A stretch of DNA of 64,000 nt from NCBI GenBank assembly GCA_016748015.1, contig JAAOMT010000129.1, forward strand, positions 682,001 through 746,000. Direction: 5' to 3'. Numbering within the stretch: the first letter of the stretch is position 1; every line of letters begins with the position of its first letter. The stretch comes from Geosiphon pyriformis uo1. Lineage: Eukaryota > Fungi > Glomeromycota. Below the pieces are notes generated by a model, which saw nothing but the letters and a program-made list of their open reading frames with translations, was not told the origin of the DNA and made no database searches. A program made the translations under genes and the position numbers. This document shows, in pieces, positions 1 through 13,000 of the stretch.

Positions 1-929
1 AAATTATCAAAAAATTAAAAAAAGTCTGGTTTTAAGCTTAAATAACTTCTAAATACTTGATTATTTATTAATAAAACTAAAACTTTTATAATTAAAAATA
101 TGTCAAATATTAATTTAAGTATTACTAATATAAGTTTTGTTTTATTATATGTTAAAAAAATAATAGAATTTCTAAATATTATGAATTATGTTATTATTAG
201 CTAAAATTTAAGATATTTATTAACATAAAATTAGTTTTATAATTTCTATTATTAATTAACACATATTATTATTTTAATTTATTACTTATTATTTTATTAA
301 ATTATTCAAATTATTATTCAATTAATAATTCAATTTGTACAGAACACAAATATAATTAAATTGTAATAATTAAATTATGTAATATATTAAACTATATAAT
401 ATTTAAAATTCATTAAAATATTTAAAAATTCATTAAAATAATTTATAGTTTACAAGAATAATTTGTAATTTAATAAAATATATTTTTAATTCATCAAAAT
501 ATTAAAAAAAAAGTGCTAAATTATAAAATAGTATTATAATAAGTTATATAAAAAAAGAGTTTTTTTCTTTGAAAAAATATATTTTAATTAAAATTAAATT
601 TCATTTAAACTTAAGATATCTTTCTTACAAATTAATTCAAATAAAACTCAAATTAAAAAACATAAATTTTTTAATAATTACTTAAAATTCACTTTTTCTA
701 TTAATGTTTAAAATTAATTATAATCAAATTTAAGATAACTTATACTCTTAGTAAATACAAATTGCTATAGATTATTACAGATTATGAATTTTTTCAGATT
801 TAAGTATATATAGTATATATATAATAAAAATAGATATAATATTATTAAAAAATAAATTTATTTACATATTTCTTATAAGAATTTTTAATTAATTTATGCA
901 ATATTAAAGAAACTTATAAAAATTGTTTG

Positions 930-2548
930 TTTTTGTTTATTTTGTATTTTTTTATAAAGTATATATTTAATATAAACAAGTTTACTAACTATATTATAAA
1001 ATTTTTTGCTATTTTTAAGCTTTATAAACTGTTCAAGATTATAATAGCAGTCAGTGTATTTTTAATACTCATTACTTTCTGTACTTTTTGTTTTTTATCA
1101 GAGCTATTATGCTTTGTTTTATGATTTATTATAATATAATTTGCTTTATCATTATTTAGATATTTTAAAGTAATTATATCATTTTTTTTAGATAGATTTA
1201 CCAACTTTTTAATTAATAAATATGTACAATTTGGCTGTATTCAATTGTACTTTTTGTAATAATTTTTAAGTTTTTCTAATACTATCTCTTAATTATAATT
1301 AGTTATTATTTCCAAGTTTGTATTTTATTCTGAAAGTTGTCATTTGTATTGATTGAAAAAATGCCAATTTTATGCCAGCAATAAGCAATTGTTTTATTTG
1401 AAACATTTTTTCATGCCTTATAAATTAGATGTATTGTTTAAAATTGGTTAATTACATAAATATTATTAGCACTATTATTAAAAAAATTTAATACATGACA
1501 AAAAAAATAATAACAGTAATATGTTTTAAAACAATAAATAATTTTAGTATTTATAGACTAAATATGTACTGTTAAGTTAAATATAAATTGTTTTACATAA
1601 ATATTTATAATGGATTTCATATTATAATTGTGACCAGTAAAATTGTTTATTAACAATAATATGTTTCAGTTTTTTTATACAACTGATAATTTCAATTAAC
1701 AAGTCACTATCAAAAAATATCACCAGTTATCTAAACATAAGTGTTTGAATAATATTAAAACCAAGTTGCTCTTCTGTTTTTTTTTGAAAACAATATAGAC
1801 ATTTAGTATGTTCAATAATAAGTAATAGCAAATACTTAGTTTTATTAACATTGATTATAAAAGCAAGTATCAGTTGTATTTTTAATTGTTTAGTATTATA
1901 ACATAGTATTGTAACAAGATCTTGATTTGATAATATAATATAAAATAGTGTAGTTTTATTTATGTTAAAAATATTGTATAACTTTTAATTAACAAAAAAT
2001 ATTATTACACATATTTATTTATCTTTAATATGCTTAATATTAGTTAATGATACATTATTATAAAAGTAAAATAAATATAATTCAACATAGTTTTTAAAGC
2101 TCTTAGACCAGTTATTAGATAGTTTTTGGTGCTTATTTTCTGAAATATCTAATTGATCATAGAACTTTATACTAACAGCTCAAATTACATTTTTAGTAAA
2201 TATTATTCTATGTGATTCTGCTTTTTAAACAAAAATAACAAGTGTTTTATTAAAGTTAGAATTACATACTTTATATATATGCTTGCTAATCAAGTTATGT
2301 ATTGTATTTGCTTATACACAAAAATTTGGTTTATTTTTGATCTAAGCTAAAACTAGAGATTATTTTATGTATAGAAAACCATTTTTTTTAAAATGTTTTG
2401 CAGTTTTTGATTGGTTTTTATTATTTGTATAATACCAATCAAACACTATAAGCTTATTATAAAATATAGTATTTTTATAATTTTGTGGAATGTAAGCTGA
2501 AAAAATAGCATGTTTTTTGCTATTAAATATAGTAAAATTAAAAAACAA
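930..2548 (-). pseudogene. Hypermutated pogo/Tigger-like (CENP-B/DDE_1) DNA transposase relic
   Basis: Minus-strand translation gives DWYYTNNKNQSKTAKHF (N-term HTH region), IFNINKTTLFY (1972-1940; = IFNMDETALFY), ILLLINNFTGH (1662-1630; = ILLLIDNFxGH) and FNLTVHI*SINTKIIYCFK (1581-1525; = PNLTAHIQPMDAGII-CFK). Departures from the motifs are C->T/G->A. The C-terminal limit is approximate. Confidence 0.8.
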
Positions 2549-2575
2549 AAGAAAAATATGATTAAAATAAAGCTA

Positions 2576-3010
2576 ATCCAAAAATTTGACTTGATTACTT
2601 ACACAATTAATAATAATTTAAAACTTTACATAATTCAAAACTCTAATTTAATTACTTATACAATTAATAATAATTTAGAATTTGAAACAATTTAAAATTC
2701 CAACTTGATTATTTACAAGATTAGTAATAATTTAAAACTTAAGATAATTCGAAACTCTAACTTAATTACTTATATAATTAATGATAATTTAAAACTTAGA
2801 ACAATTCAAAACTTTGACTTGATTACTTATACAATCAATAATAATTTAAAACTTGAGACAATTTGAAATTCTAACTTAACTATTCATAAGATTAATAATA
2901 ATTTAAAACTTAAAACAATTCAAAACTTTGACTTGATTATTTATACAATTAATAATAATTTAGAACTTGAAACAATTCAAAACTCTGACTTAATTACTTA
3001 TACAATTAAT
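2576..3010. repeat. 57-bp tandem repeat, ~7.6 units
   Basis: Units start at 2576, 2633, 2690, 2747, 2804, 2861, 2918 and 2975; consensus ~ATTCAAAACTCTGACTTGATTACTTATACAATTAATAATAATTTAAAACTTGAAACA. Confidence 0.95.
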
Positions 3011-3046
3011 ATTTATTTTATTATATAGCATTTTTAATTATGAAAA

Positions 3047-6000
3047 TTTTTTTTTTTTTTTATACATTTAATGAGTGAAGTCCAAATGTTACCTAATAAA
3101 ATAAATTATTATATGATCTAAACTAGGTGTAAATCATGCTTTTACTATACACAACCAGTCACTCAGACCAGTTAGAACAACACTAAGCACTTATAAGAAC
3201 AGAAACTACATCATTAACACCTGAGAAAAACAAACAGAACTTACGAAATCCAAAACTGATGCCAAATGTATTCACAATACCCAACAACCTAACTACACCA
3301 ACCGAAAGCCACTCGGATAAACCAAAAACAGAGACAAAAATAGAACCATTATAAGAAATTAGCCTACACTTTTCCATAAAGGCTTGGTGTTTTGTATGGA
3401 CCAGCCAAATATCCTCCCAAAAAGTGAGACAAAGCCCATGCACAAAGTTCACAATCCTTTTACACCCAACCTTAGAATTACCAAAAACCGAAACAGACTC
3501 ATGACACCAACCACTAAATACAAAGCCCTTATACAGAGCCATGCCAACTCCAATCTCCGAAACACAAAAAGCCAGTGACTGCGAAACACATGAAAAAAAG
3601 CAAGACAAACCAGAAAGAGCCTTCCAAGCCAAAGCATGAGTATTCAGCAACTAAGCACAACTGGCGGCATCATAAGAACAAGAAAAAACATGGTCTAAGA
3701 TCTCAACATTACCACAGAACAAACACATTACACTGAGGTAACTCTTATTATATAAATGCTTGTATACAGCAACAGGCAGTTATCAATGGAGGACTTTCAT
3801 AAAATATGACCAATAGCCAGCCATTTGCACAGTAGTAAAGCCAGCAGCCAAGTGAGAATCAGGATGCTATACCATAGAGGACCTGGACCAGTCAATATCA
3901 GCACACAAACTATCTACCACAACCCAAGAACCAGACCCAGCCTCCTAGCAAGCACAATGAATACCATAAAAAACATCACAAACAAAGTGCCTAGAATTCC
4001 CAGAAACTGCAGTATTATTAGCACTCAGAAAATGTTCATTGATCAAATGAGGCAAATGCCAGACAGAAAAAGCAGCATTCTTGGCAAGCACATTAGCACA
4101 CTTATTGCCTGAAACACCAGAATGGCCCCTAATTTTAAACCAATTCACATTTAAATTCTTATGACTAATTACATTAGCAATGTGGCAACACTTGATCCAA
4201 CAATGGTTCCTAAAATCAGGATGAACCAGCAAAGACTCAGATTTGCATACATTTAAAGCAGCTTGGCTGTCCGAAAACAAGTCAATCACACAAAAAAGAG
4301 AAATACACTTGAGAGCCAAAGCAATGATCTGCAATTCTGCCAGAGTAAAAGAAACCAAACTAGACACCCCCACATCCAAATCCGAATTAATGTCTTCAAA
4401 GAAAGCAGCAGCACCTGTCTTCATGCCAACAGTACCCAGACTACTCAAAGACTCATTCATATATACAGAAAAGTAGGCAGCATCAGCATCTAACAGCTTG
4501 TTATACACAACACCAAAACCATGAGATCGACAAACATTAGAACTGGCATGAACATCTTCAAAGAAGGAACAAACAGAAGGAGAACCAATATCGCCAAGAA
4601 AGCAAACAGATAAATCAAACCAGAAGGGGACTGGGCCATGGGAATTCAGCCTCTTCCAACATTTAAAGGTGCCTCAGCTGAAAACACCACCAGCACAGTC
4701 GTGCAGTTGGTCCACAAAAGCGATTTCATAACGCCTAAGTAAAGACACACATCTGACAAAACAAGGCTCACCAAGAACCTAACACATGGGTGTACTATTC
4801 CAGATGCAAAAAGCACTAGCCAAAAAGCCACTCAAAGACAGATCACAATCAGAAAAAATATGAATCACACCTGCCAAAAAATTATTTGAAGGGCTAACAC
4901 CAACATGGGCTGGAAACAGCAAAGGATGACAAGGATGCCAGCTAAGGACCTGGAGATTATGAGACCTGTGAGAAAACAGGCAACCCAAAATACCAACCGA
5001 ATTTGCGAAAGCAACAACAGAGGCTAATTTACTTTCAGCCTGCACTTGTTCAAAAGACTTTAAATTATACAATGAAGGATGATGAAGCACATCATTAGAG
5101 AAATTATGGGGCAGTCCAGACTTTGATTTTAAAACTTTGCACAGCAGAACATTCCATTTATTACAAACACCAATTGGAATGAAGCTGAATTGAGTTCTGT
5201 AACTGACGATAAAAAAAAGAACTGCAGACACCAAATACGCAAACTGTTTGTCAGAAACTGCTTTCTTTAAAACCAGGTTCACAAAAAAACAGACATCTAA
5301 CTAAGCTTTAGCCAAACTAGGCTTTGAAAAACTCTCAGAAGACAAAAAAATACTCAGGTAATGATGAGATTCCCTCTTCTTGGCGACAGAAATAGGTGAG
5401 CCACTGACAGTCAAATGAGGTGTAACAACTCAACAGTTAATAGGAATGGCAACAGTCTTATCATTATTAATTGAAATATCATTTAATCTAAAGAATTCAC
5501 TAACAATATTGAGAATATGCTGTGTGGCAGCCTAGCTGCTACTGACCCAAATTGTATTATCGACAAAAGCACCAGCAGCCAGAAATGACGTTAGCTCAGT
5601 CTGAGGTTCTACCTGGCCAGTTTTGGAAATAAAATGCGAATTCAATCTGTAGCCACACATGTTTTCCTGTCTCTTAACCTCACACAAGAGTAAATTGTAA
5701 AATATGCGCCAAAGAAGTGGTAAGAAAACCTTCTCTTAATCCAAACTGTCATGAACTTGATAACCATTAGTTAAGCTGAAATCAGTCATCACTCGGTTAT
5801 AATGATTATTGTGAATGCTACCAAAAAATTGAACAAACTTGCCACATATCTTAATCCTAACTAAACTTCTCCTAAGATGTTCCTAACCAACAGAATTGTA
5901 TGCCTTACACATATCCTGTAAAACCAGTCACAGCTCTCAGTTCTTTTCCAAAGCATTTTCGATTACAGAGCCAATAGTGAAAATAGGCGATTGTGTGGTT

Positions 6001-9000
6001 GTGCCTTTTAACACAGAAAAATTGTTTCCATGGAGAACATCAAATACACTACAAACCAAAGATATCCTGTCCAAAAGTATCTTGGAAAGTACCTTGCGAG
6101 CCATTTTGATCAAAGCAATAGGATGTGTATTTGTGAGAACCCCCTCCTATTCATACAGTTTTGGAATCATTGAGACCCAAGCTTCTCTCCAAGACCTAGG
6201 CACTGACTTACTAACCAAGCAAAAGTTCAAAAGCACTAAAAGCATATTTAAAACTGATTTATCACAATGCTTCCATAATTCATTCAAGATGCCAAAGAGA
6301 CCTGCCACTTTCCCATTAGGCAAACCCAAGACCACATCAAACATTTCATCAAAACCAATAGGACTCATTATGTCAGAGAAGGCATCATCAAAAACATAAT
6401 CTAAAGACTGAAATTGGGAAACCCAATCATCAGAGATATTAATTATCATTACACGCTTCCTGGTCCAACTCTTTATAATCTCATCTACCTTAGATTTAAC
6501 CAAATCAGGCTCTAGTACCAGCTTATCATCCACAACCAAATGATCCAACACCACCTTATGGAAAGAACATTCTAGCACACTTCTGATAGTACAACCCTTG
6601 TCTAACTCAAAGCTTTCCATTTTTTTATCAATGGCCTGCTTAATACAGGAATCTTCAGCATATTTGAATTCCACCAATTTGGATGAATAGTAAAATTTCC
6701 TTGCCTTTGCCAGAGCAGAGCAAATAACATTAAAATTAGAATCTGAAAGAAAGAAAGATCTCACTGTTGACACATCAACAAAGTCAAGAATGCACCACAT
6801 ATCCAAAAGCAATGCAAAATTGACATTAAAAATCAAATGAGATGTCTTTACCAGCTTGGAAACCAGCAGTTCCAGCTTATGAAACTGAGAAGAAACTTTG
6901 GTGTACACACTATCAAAACTCTTAAACCATTTTTTTTTAAAAGCCCCATCTGCCAAGAGAACTATAATTTTTCGAACAATGTTCCACATCACGTTCAGAT
7001 CAGAAAATCTCCTGGTTGAAGAGAACTTATTCAAAAACATAGCAGCATTGGCCACTGTAGACACCTTAAATTCATGCCATTTAGCATTATCTGCAGATTT
7101 GACATCGAATTTCCAATGATCTTTATTCATCTGTTTGCGCAGCAAATTCAATTGAATATCAAGCAAACCACCAACATCCACAGAGACAGAAACAGCCTTG
7201 TGATCAGTATCAAAATAATCTATAACATCATTTACACCACAATTCACCACAGCATTAACAAGATTTGAGGAGACAAACACATAGTCGATTGTCTTAGCAA
7301 CACCATGAAAATTACACTAGGTGGGTGTCTTCGCAAAAAGGCTCCCACCCAAAAAATTTATCAAACCTAAATCGAAACATTTTCTAAAGCTAGCACTCTT
7401 GTGAGATCCATCTTTGTTGAAATTGCCACCTAAGATAATGAAAGAAGATTTATTTACAGTCCTTGCAATCCAAGAATTAACATCGCCCACCTGAGAGAAA
7501 CGTACTGCCAAAGACACTCCAGCATACAGATCCAAGATTGATACAGATAGTTTATTTTTGAAGAGCAACTTAATAGAAAGAAGTCTGCCAGGAATCTCTA
7601 AAACTTTACTCACATGCCAAACCAAAGAATTATCCATAATAATTGTCATACCAGCACCCAAATGACCAGCATCCAAACCTGAAGTGAAAACCCAAACCCC
7701 ATCAAATTTGTTCATGATCCAAGGACAGATCTTACCTTTCAGCTTAGTTTCAGTACCAATAGAAATCAAATTACCCATTTCTAAATGCCAATGAACAATG
7801 TCATCCTGCTTTGCAGGATTGTTCATGCCCCAAACATTACATGTTGCAATTTTCTAGACAAGACTACTCATTAAGAAAGAGGTAAGAAGGGAGCACTGTC
7901 AGACAAAACCAAACCATCAAAGCAAGCAGTCAAACTAAAAACGGATTTGAAAAGGCCTTCCAACATGTTTTCCAACTTGATAATATGGGGAGATACTGAA
8001 GAATCCAAAGTTATAGCAGTCTTGCCACTAGTGGCCTTACTCGAGCCCACTCCCATCACTATATCCTCCTCTTGATTCTGTGATGGGGGAGGTCACTGGT
8101 GGCTGACATCCAGGGCTAGACTGGGGAACTGCCAGCACAAGTGAATCCAACCTTTTAGCCAACTCACCAATCTGTCCCACAAGGCTGACAAGACTGCTCT
8201 CAATACTAACCAAACATTTTTTCAAATCATCTACAGTAGGAGGGAGCAGTACATTATTTTTCATAAAACCAAGTTAAGAATCATAACCAAGAAAACCATT
8301 TGAAGAAGAAAAACCAGCCACCAATGCCCAGGTCTTACTATCAAAAACCAATGAACAGGAGATGAGTGCTGACTTCTTTTCATAAATTTTAGCCAATCTA
8401 AACCAATCTTGAGCTGAGAAAAGGGCTCTTTTGCTCTTAGGATTAGAAGACACACCTACTAACTTACAAACTGAAATTGAGTGACCAAAAGAATTGCAAC
8501 CAGAACACAAAGGGATAACCAAATGTGACTAGCAGAGACCAATGTCTTTTATTATTGGTGTATTGGCCACCGCCTGAGTCATGTCATTTTCAGAAGCAAA
8601 ACACACAGTGGCACAGTATGCACAAATGTAATTGGCAGAATTGTGGTTGATAATACACGTTTTCCCACCAATGGAACCAAGAAAATCTCACAGATCATGT
8701 GCATTGGTTCTCACAGGGAGAGTATAAAGCAGAGCCTTAAACCTGTTTCTAGAGTCCCATGTTTGTTTGTCAACATCAGTCCTGGCCACATGTACCATAT
8801 CTTTCTCAATGAAGATAGACCATTTGAATGCCAAGAGATCAGTCTGAATTTGATTTCTCAAAATGACAATCGTCTTTTGCCACAAACCTACCAATTGTAT
8901 TTTGATTGACTCAATTATTCCAAATGCAGAAACAGCTGCACACACTGTTTCAATAGATGTTCCCACAAGAATTTTCTTAATTACAACTGACCAATCTGTG

Positions 9001-9821
9001 TGAATGTTGCCAGGGCACTTAAGGTCAGTGTTTACTACAATACTACAATTATGAGCCAATTTTCCTGCAGCCATCATCACCGATTCAGAAGTAAATATAG
9101 CTCGAATGATCCCACCAAATTTTAAGGGAGTAGAGGCCCCCCTAAAATTATTCACACCAGAAAAAATTTTTCTGACAAAATTTAATTTATCTTAAGAGGA
9201 TTTGCCAGTAACAGCAACAAGATCAATATCTAGAGCAAAAGACTTTCTGACCAAAATTTGAACTACAGGCTTGAGTGGAGGGGTAGGAGCAGAGCTAATT
9301 CACCCAAAATATTATCCCCATTATTGCACTCTTTGTTGAAGTCAATTGTGCCAAAAGGCTTATCCAAATTGCACTTTCTGACCATTCTCTTTGGACTTTT
9401 GGGAGTCATTTCAACATCATTGCCACCAGCCTCTTCCCTACTCTCTAGTTGAAAGCTGGTCTCCTCTATCAAATACTCCTTCTCTATATTGATACTCTCA
9501 GATTCAGTAGTATTACCACTTTTTCGTGCAGCCAAGTCATCAAAAACACTATCAGCAGAAACACCAACCACTTTGACAGGATCCTTTAACAATACACCTT
9601 TGCGCTTTTTTCTAGAAGACAAGTCAATAGTAGCAAAACCAGAAAGAGACTTCTTTTTGGACTCTTTTATAACCAAAATGCTACCACTATTGGCAGCTTT
9701 GTATTCAAACAGAAAAGATTTCGAAGTATCTAACTGAATATCGAAGAAAATAAAGACTTGTAAAAACTTCTTTCTAAAATGAACTATTTCAGGAATTTGG
9801 GATGTAGAAGAGAAAGAAGTT
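3047..9821 (-). mobile_element. Non-LTR retrotransposon (LINE) copy 1, full length, degenerate
   Basis: Poly(T) at 3047 (= poly-A tail). ORF2 remnants 7871->3183 (APE, RT AFVDNTIW, RNase H, CCHC); ORF1 remnants ~9676->7868; 5' motif shared with copies 2 and 4. Possible decayed TSD ttatgaaaat (3038-3047) / tcataaaaat (9824-9833). Confidence 0.93.
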
Positions 9822-10039
9822 GTTCATAAAAATATTAGTTTGCTTTATTGTAATTTTATTAAAATTGGGAGAATTTAAATTAAATTTAGCATTTAAGATA
9901 ATCCATACTGATAATAAAAAATTATGAATTATTAAATATTACAAATATGAGTTATAAATATAAAAATTCTTTAATTACCAAATTGGTAGATTCAAAATAT
10001 TATGATTTATTACAGATTATAAATTATTTTAGTATAAAA

Positions 10040-13000
10040 TTTTTTTTTTTGTTTATTTAACAAGTAAGATCTACACACAACCTAGCACTATACATCAAAG
10101 AAATGATCTAAACTAGGCATGAATCATGCACTTTTTACACATGACCAGCCACTTGGGCCAGTCAGGACAACACTATGCAGCTATATAGACAGAAGCTGAA
10201 TCATCAATGCTGGAAAAAAACATACAAGACTTGCAAAAACCAAAATGCACACCAAAAGCTTTATCAATACCAAGCAAATCAACCACACCAGCAGAAAGCC
10301 GTGCAGTCAAACCAGAGACTGAAGTAGGAGATGAACCATCTAAAGGAATCATTCCGTGCTTTTCCATATAGGCACGGTGTTTGGCCTGAACCAACCAGAT
10401 CTCATCTCTAAAAGCGAGGCCAAGAGAACGCGCAAAATTAATGACCTTCAAACATGCCATCTTGGAATTATGGAAGATAGAAACAGCTTCACCAAACCAT
10501 TTATCAAAAACAAAACCCTTATGGAGAGCCATAGACACTGAGGACCCTGAAACACAAGACGACAACAACTGCAACAAAACTGAAGAAGAGACAGAAGAAC
10601 CAGAAAGTGTTTTCCAAGTGTTCATGTGAGAATCCAACAACCGACGCCGAGCAGAATCATCAATCTTACAAGAAAAAACATGATCCGACACCTCTACATT
10701 ACCACAATATAGACACAACACACTGGGATAAAGTCTATTATAAAGCCGTTTTCGAACAGCCATAGGCAAGCGATAATGCAAAGCCTTTATAAAATAAGAG
10801 CGTGCATTAGCCGAAATCTTACTAGTGAAACCAGTGGTCATATGCAAATCAGGATGCCACACCAAAGAAGAATGGGACCAATCAATATTAGCACACAAGT
10901 CAACAGGCAAAATTTTAGAACCAGACCCCACCTCCTAACATGCACAACACATGATATAAAAAGTGTTATGGACAAAGTGCCTTGAATTGCCAGAGACAAC
11001 ATTGCCATCAGCCATCATCCAGGTGAGAAGGAAGAAACCAGTCAGAAACAGAAACAGCACCAGCAATTACATCAGCATACTCGTTTCCCGAAATCCCAGA
11101 ATGACCCTTGACTTTGTGCCAGTTAACTTTAAGGCTCTTACTGTAAATGACGTTGGCAATGTGCTGATGCTCAATCCAACACCGATTATGGAAATCAGGA
11201 ACCACTAGACCCAATTCCGATTTGCAAGCATCCAATGCAGACTGACTATCCGAAAATAAATGAACATTACTAAAAACAGGAACACACTCAAGAACCAACA
11301 CGATTGCCTATAACTCAGCCATGGTAGAAGACATCAACCCAAACACACCAACACCCAAACCCATACCAATGTTTTCGAAAAAAGCCACAGCACCTGCTTC
11401 ACAGCCAACTGTACCCAAATTTCTTAATGATCTATTAGTGTAGACCAATAGCACCTTTGCATTAACTTGCAAAAGACGATCACAGACAGACACAAAACCA
11501 GAAGAACCCAGAATATTTAAGAGACCAATATTAGCAAGAGGAGGGATGCGGGCAGAAGAAGAATCCTCACCAGCAAGAAAAACAGCAGAAAGTCTGAACC
11601 ACTCAGGAATAGAACCACGGGGGTCCAGTTTCTTCCATCGCTTAAATGTGGACCAATCAAAGACAGTATCATAACGATCATGAAGTTGGTCAACAAAGGC
11701 CATACCATACTGCTGAAGCAAGAGGAGACACCTAGAGAAAACTGATTCACCCAAAACAGTCAACATAGACGTCCCACCATTGGCATGAAAAGAATTGGTA
11801 AAGGATTCACCCAAAGACAATTTGCAATTATAAAGCACATGAACCACACCTGCCAAAAAATTATTAGAGGCGCTGACACGAATGCAAACAGGAGAACTCA
11901 ATGGATGAATAAGGTGCCAACATAAAACCTACAGGTCATGAGACCTATGAGAGAACAAACATCCCACAATCCCACCAAAGTTGGCAAAATTAATAAGAGA
12001 AGCAACCTTGCCTTCAGACTAAACCTGCAGGAAAGATCTCAAACCATAAAAGGAGGGGTGGTGAATCGAATCACTAGGAAAATCAAGCAGAAGTCCAAAT
12101 TTGAGCTTCAGGCCTTTACGAATTATAGCATCCCACTTGTTGTAAATGCCTATAGGAACAAAGCTAAATTGTGTCCTGTAGCTAATTATAGGTTGAAGAA
12201 CCACTGAAACCAAATATAAGAACTGTTTATCTGAGATAGCTTTTTTTAGAACCAAATTTGTAAAGAAACAAACATCTGAATGCACCTTAGCTAAACTGGG
12301 TTTGGAAAGGCCTTCAGTTGACAGAAATATGCCCAGATACCAATGGGATTCACTCTTTTTGGCAACAGAGATAGGTGAACCACTAATGAAAAGAGTGGGA
12401 TTTTTAACTTTACAATTGATAGGAATAGCTACTGTCTTGTTATTGTTTATTAAGATGTCATTAATCTGAAAAAACTCACTAGCTATGTCCAAAATGTGTT
12501 GAGTAGCACTCTGACTACTGCCAACCCAAATTGTATCATCAACAAAAATGCCAGCGGCAAAATAAGAAGAAAGCCCAGCTTGCAATTCAATATGACCACT
12601 CTTGAAAATAAAATGAGAAATTAGCCTATACCCACAGACACTCTCCTAATGCTTGACTTCGCACAAAAAGGGATCATAAAAAATGTGCCACAGAAGGGGG
12701 GAAAAGACCTCTCCTTGATCTAAATCATCATAGACACGATAACCATCTGTCAAACCAAAATCTGTCATGACTCAATTAGTGCAACCTCTGTGAATGCCGC
12801 CAAAAAATCGAATAAACTTGTTGTATATTTTAATTCTGACCAAACACTTCTCCAAATGCTCCCAGCCAACTGAATCATATGCTTTCCTCATATTTTGCAA
12901 GACCAGCCAAAGCTCTTGGTTCTTTTCCAGGGCATTTTCAACAACCAAACCAACTGCAAAAATAGGAGACTGTATCATCGTACCTTTCAAAACCAAAAAA

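Noticed and set aside
720-10035. Direct similarity between 720-810 and 9890-10035 as possible LTRs or TSD around pogo and LINE 1
   Set aside because: Short, low-complexity, no TG..CA ends; more likely decayed internal subrepeats of one relic
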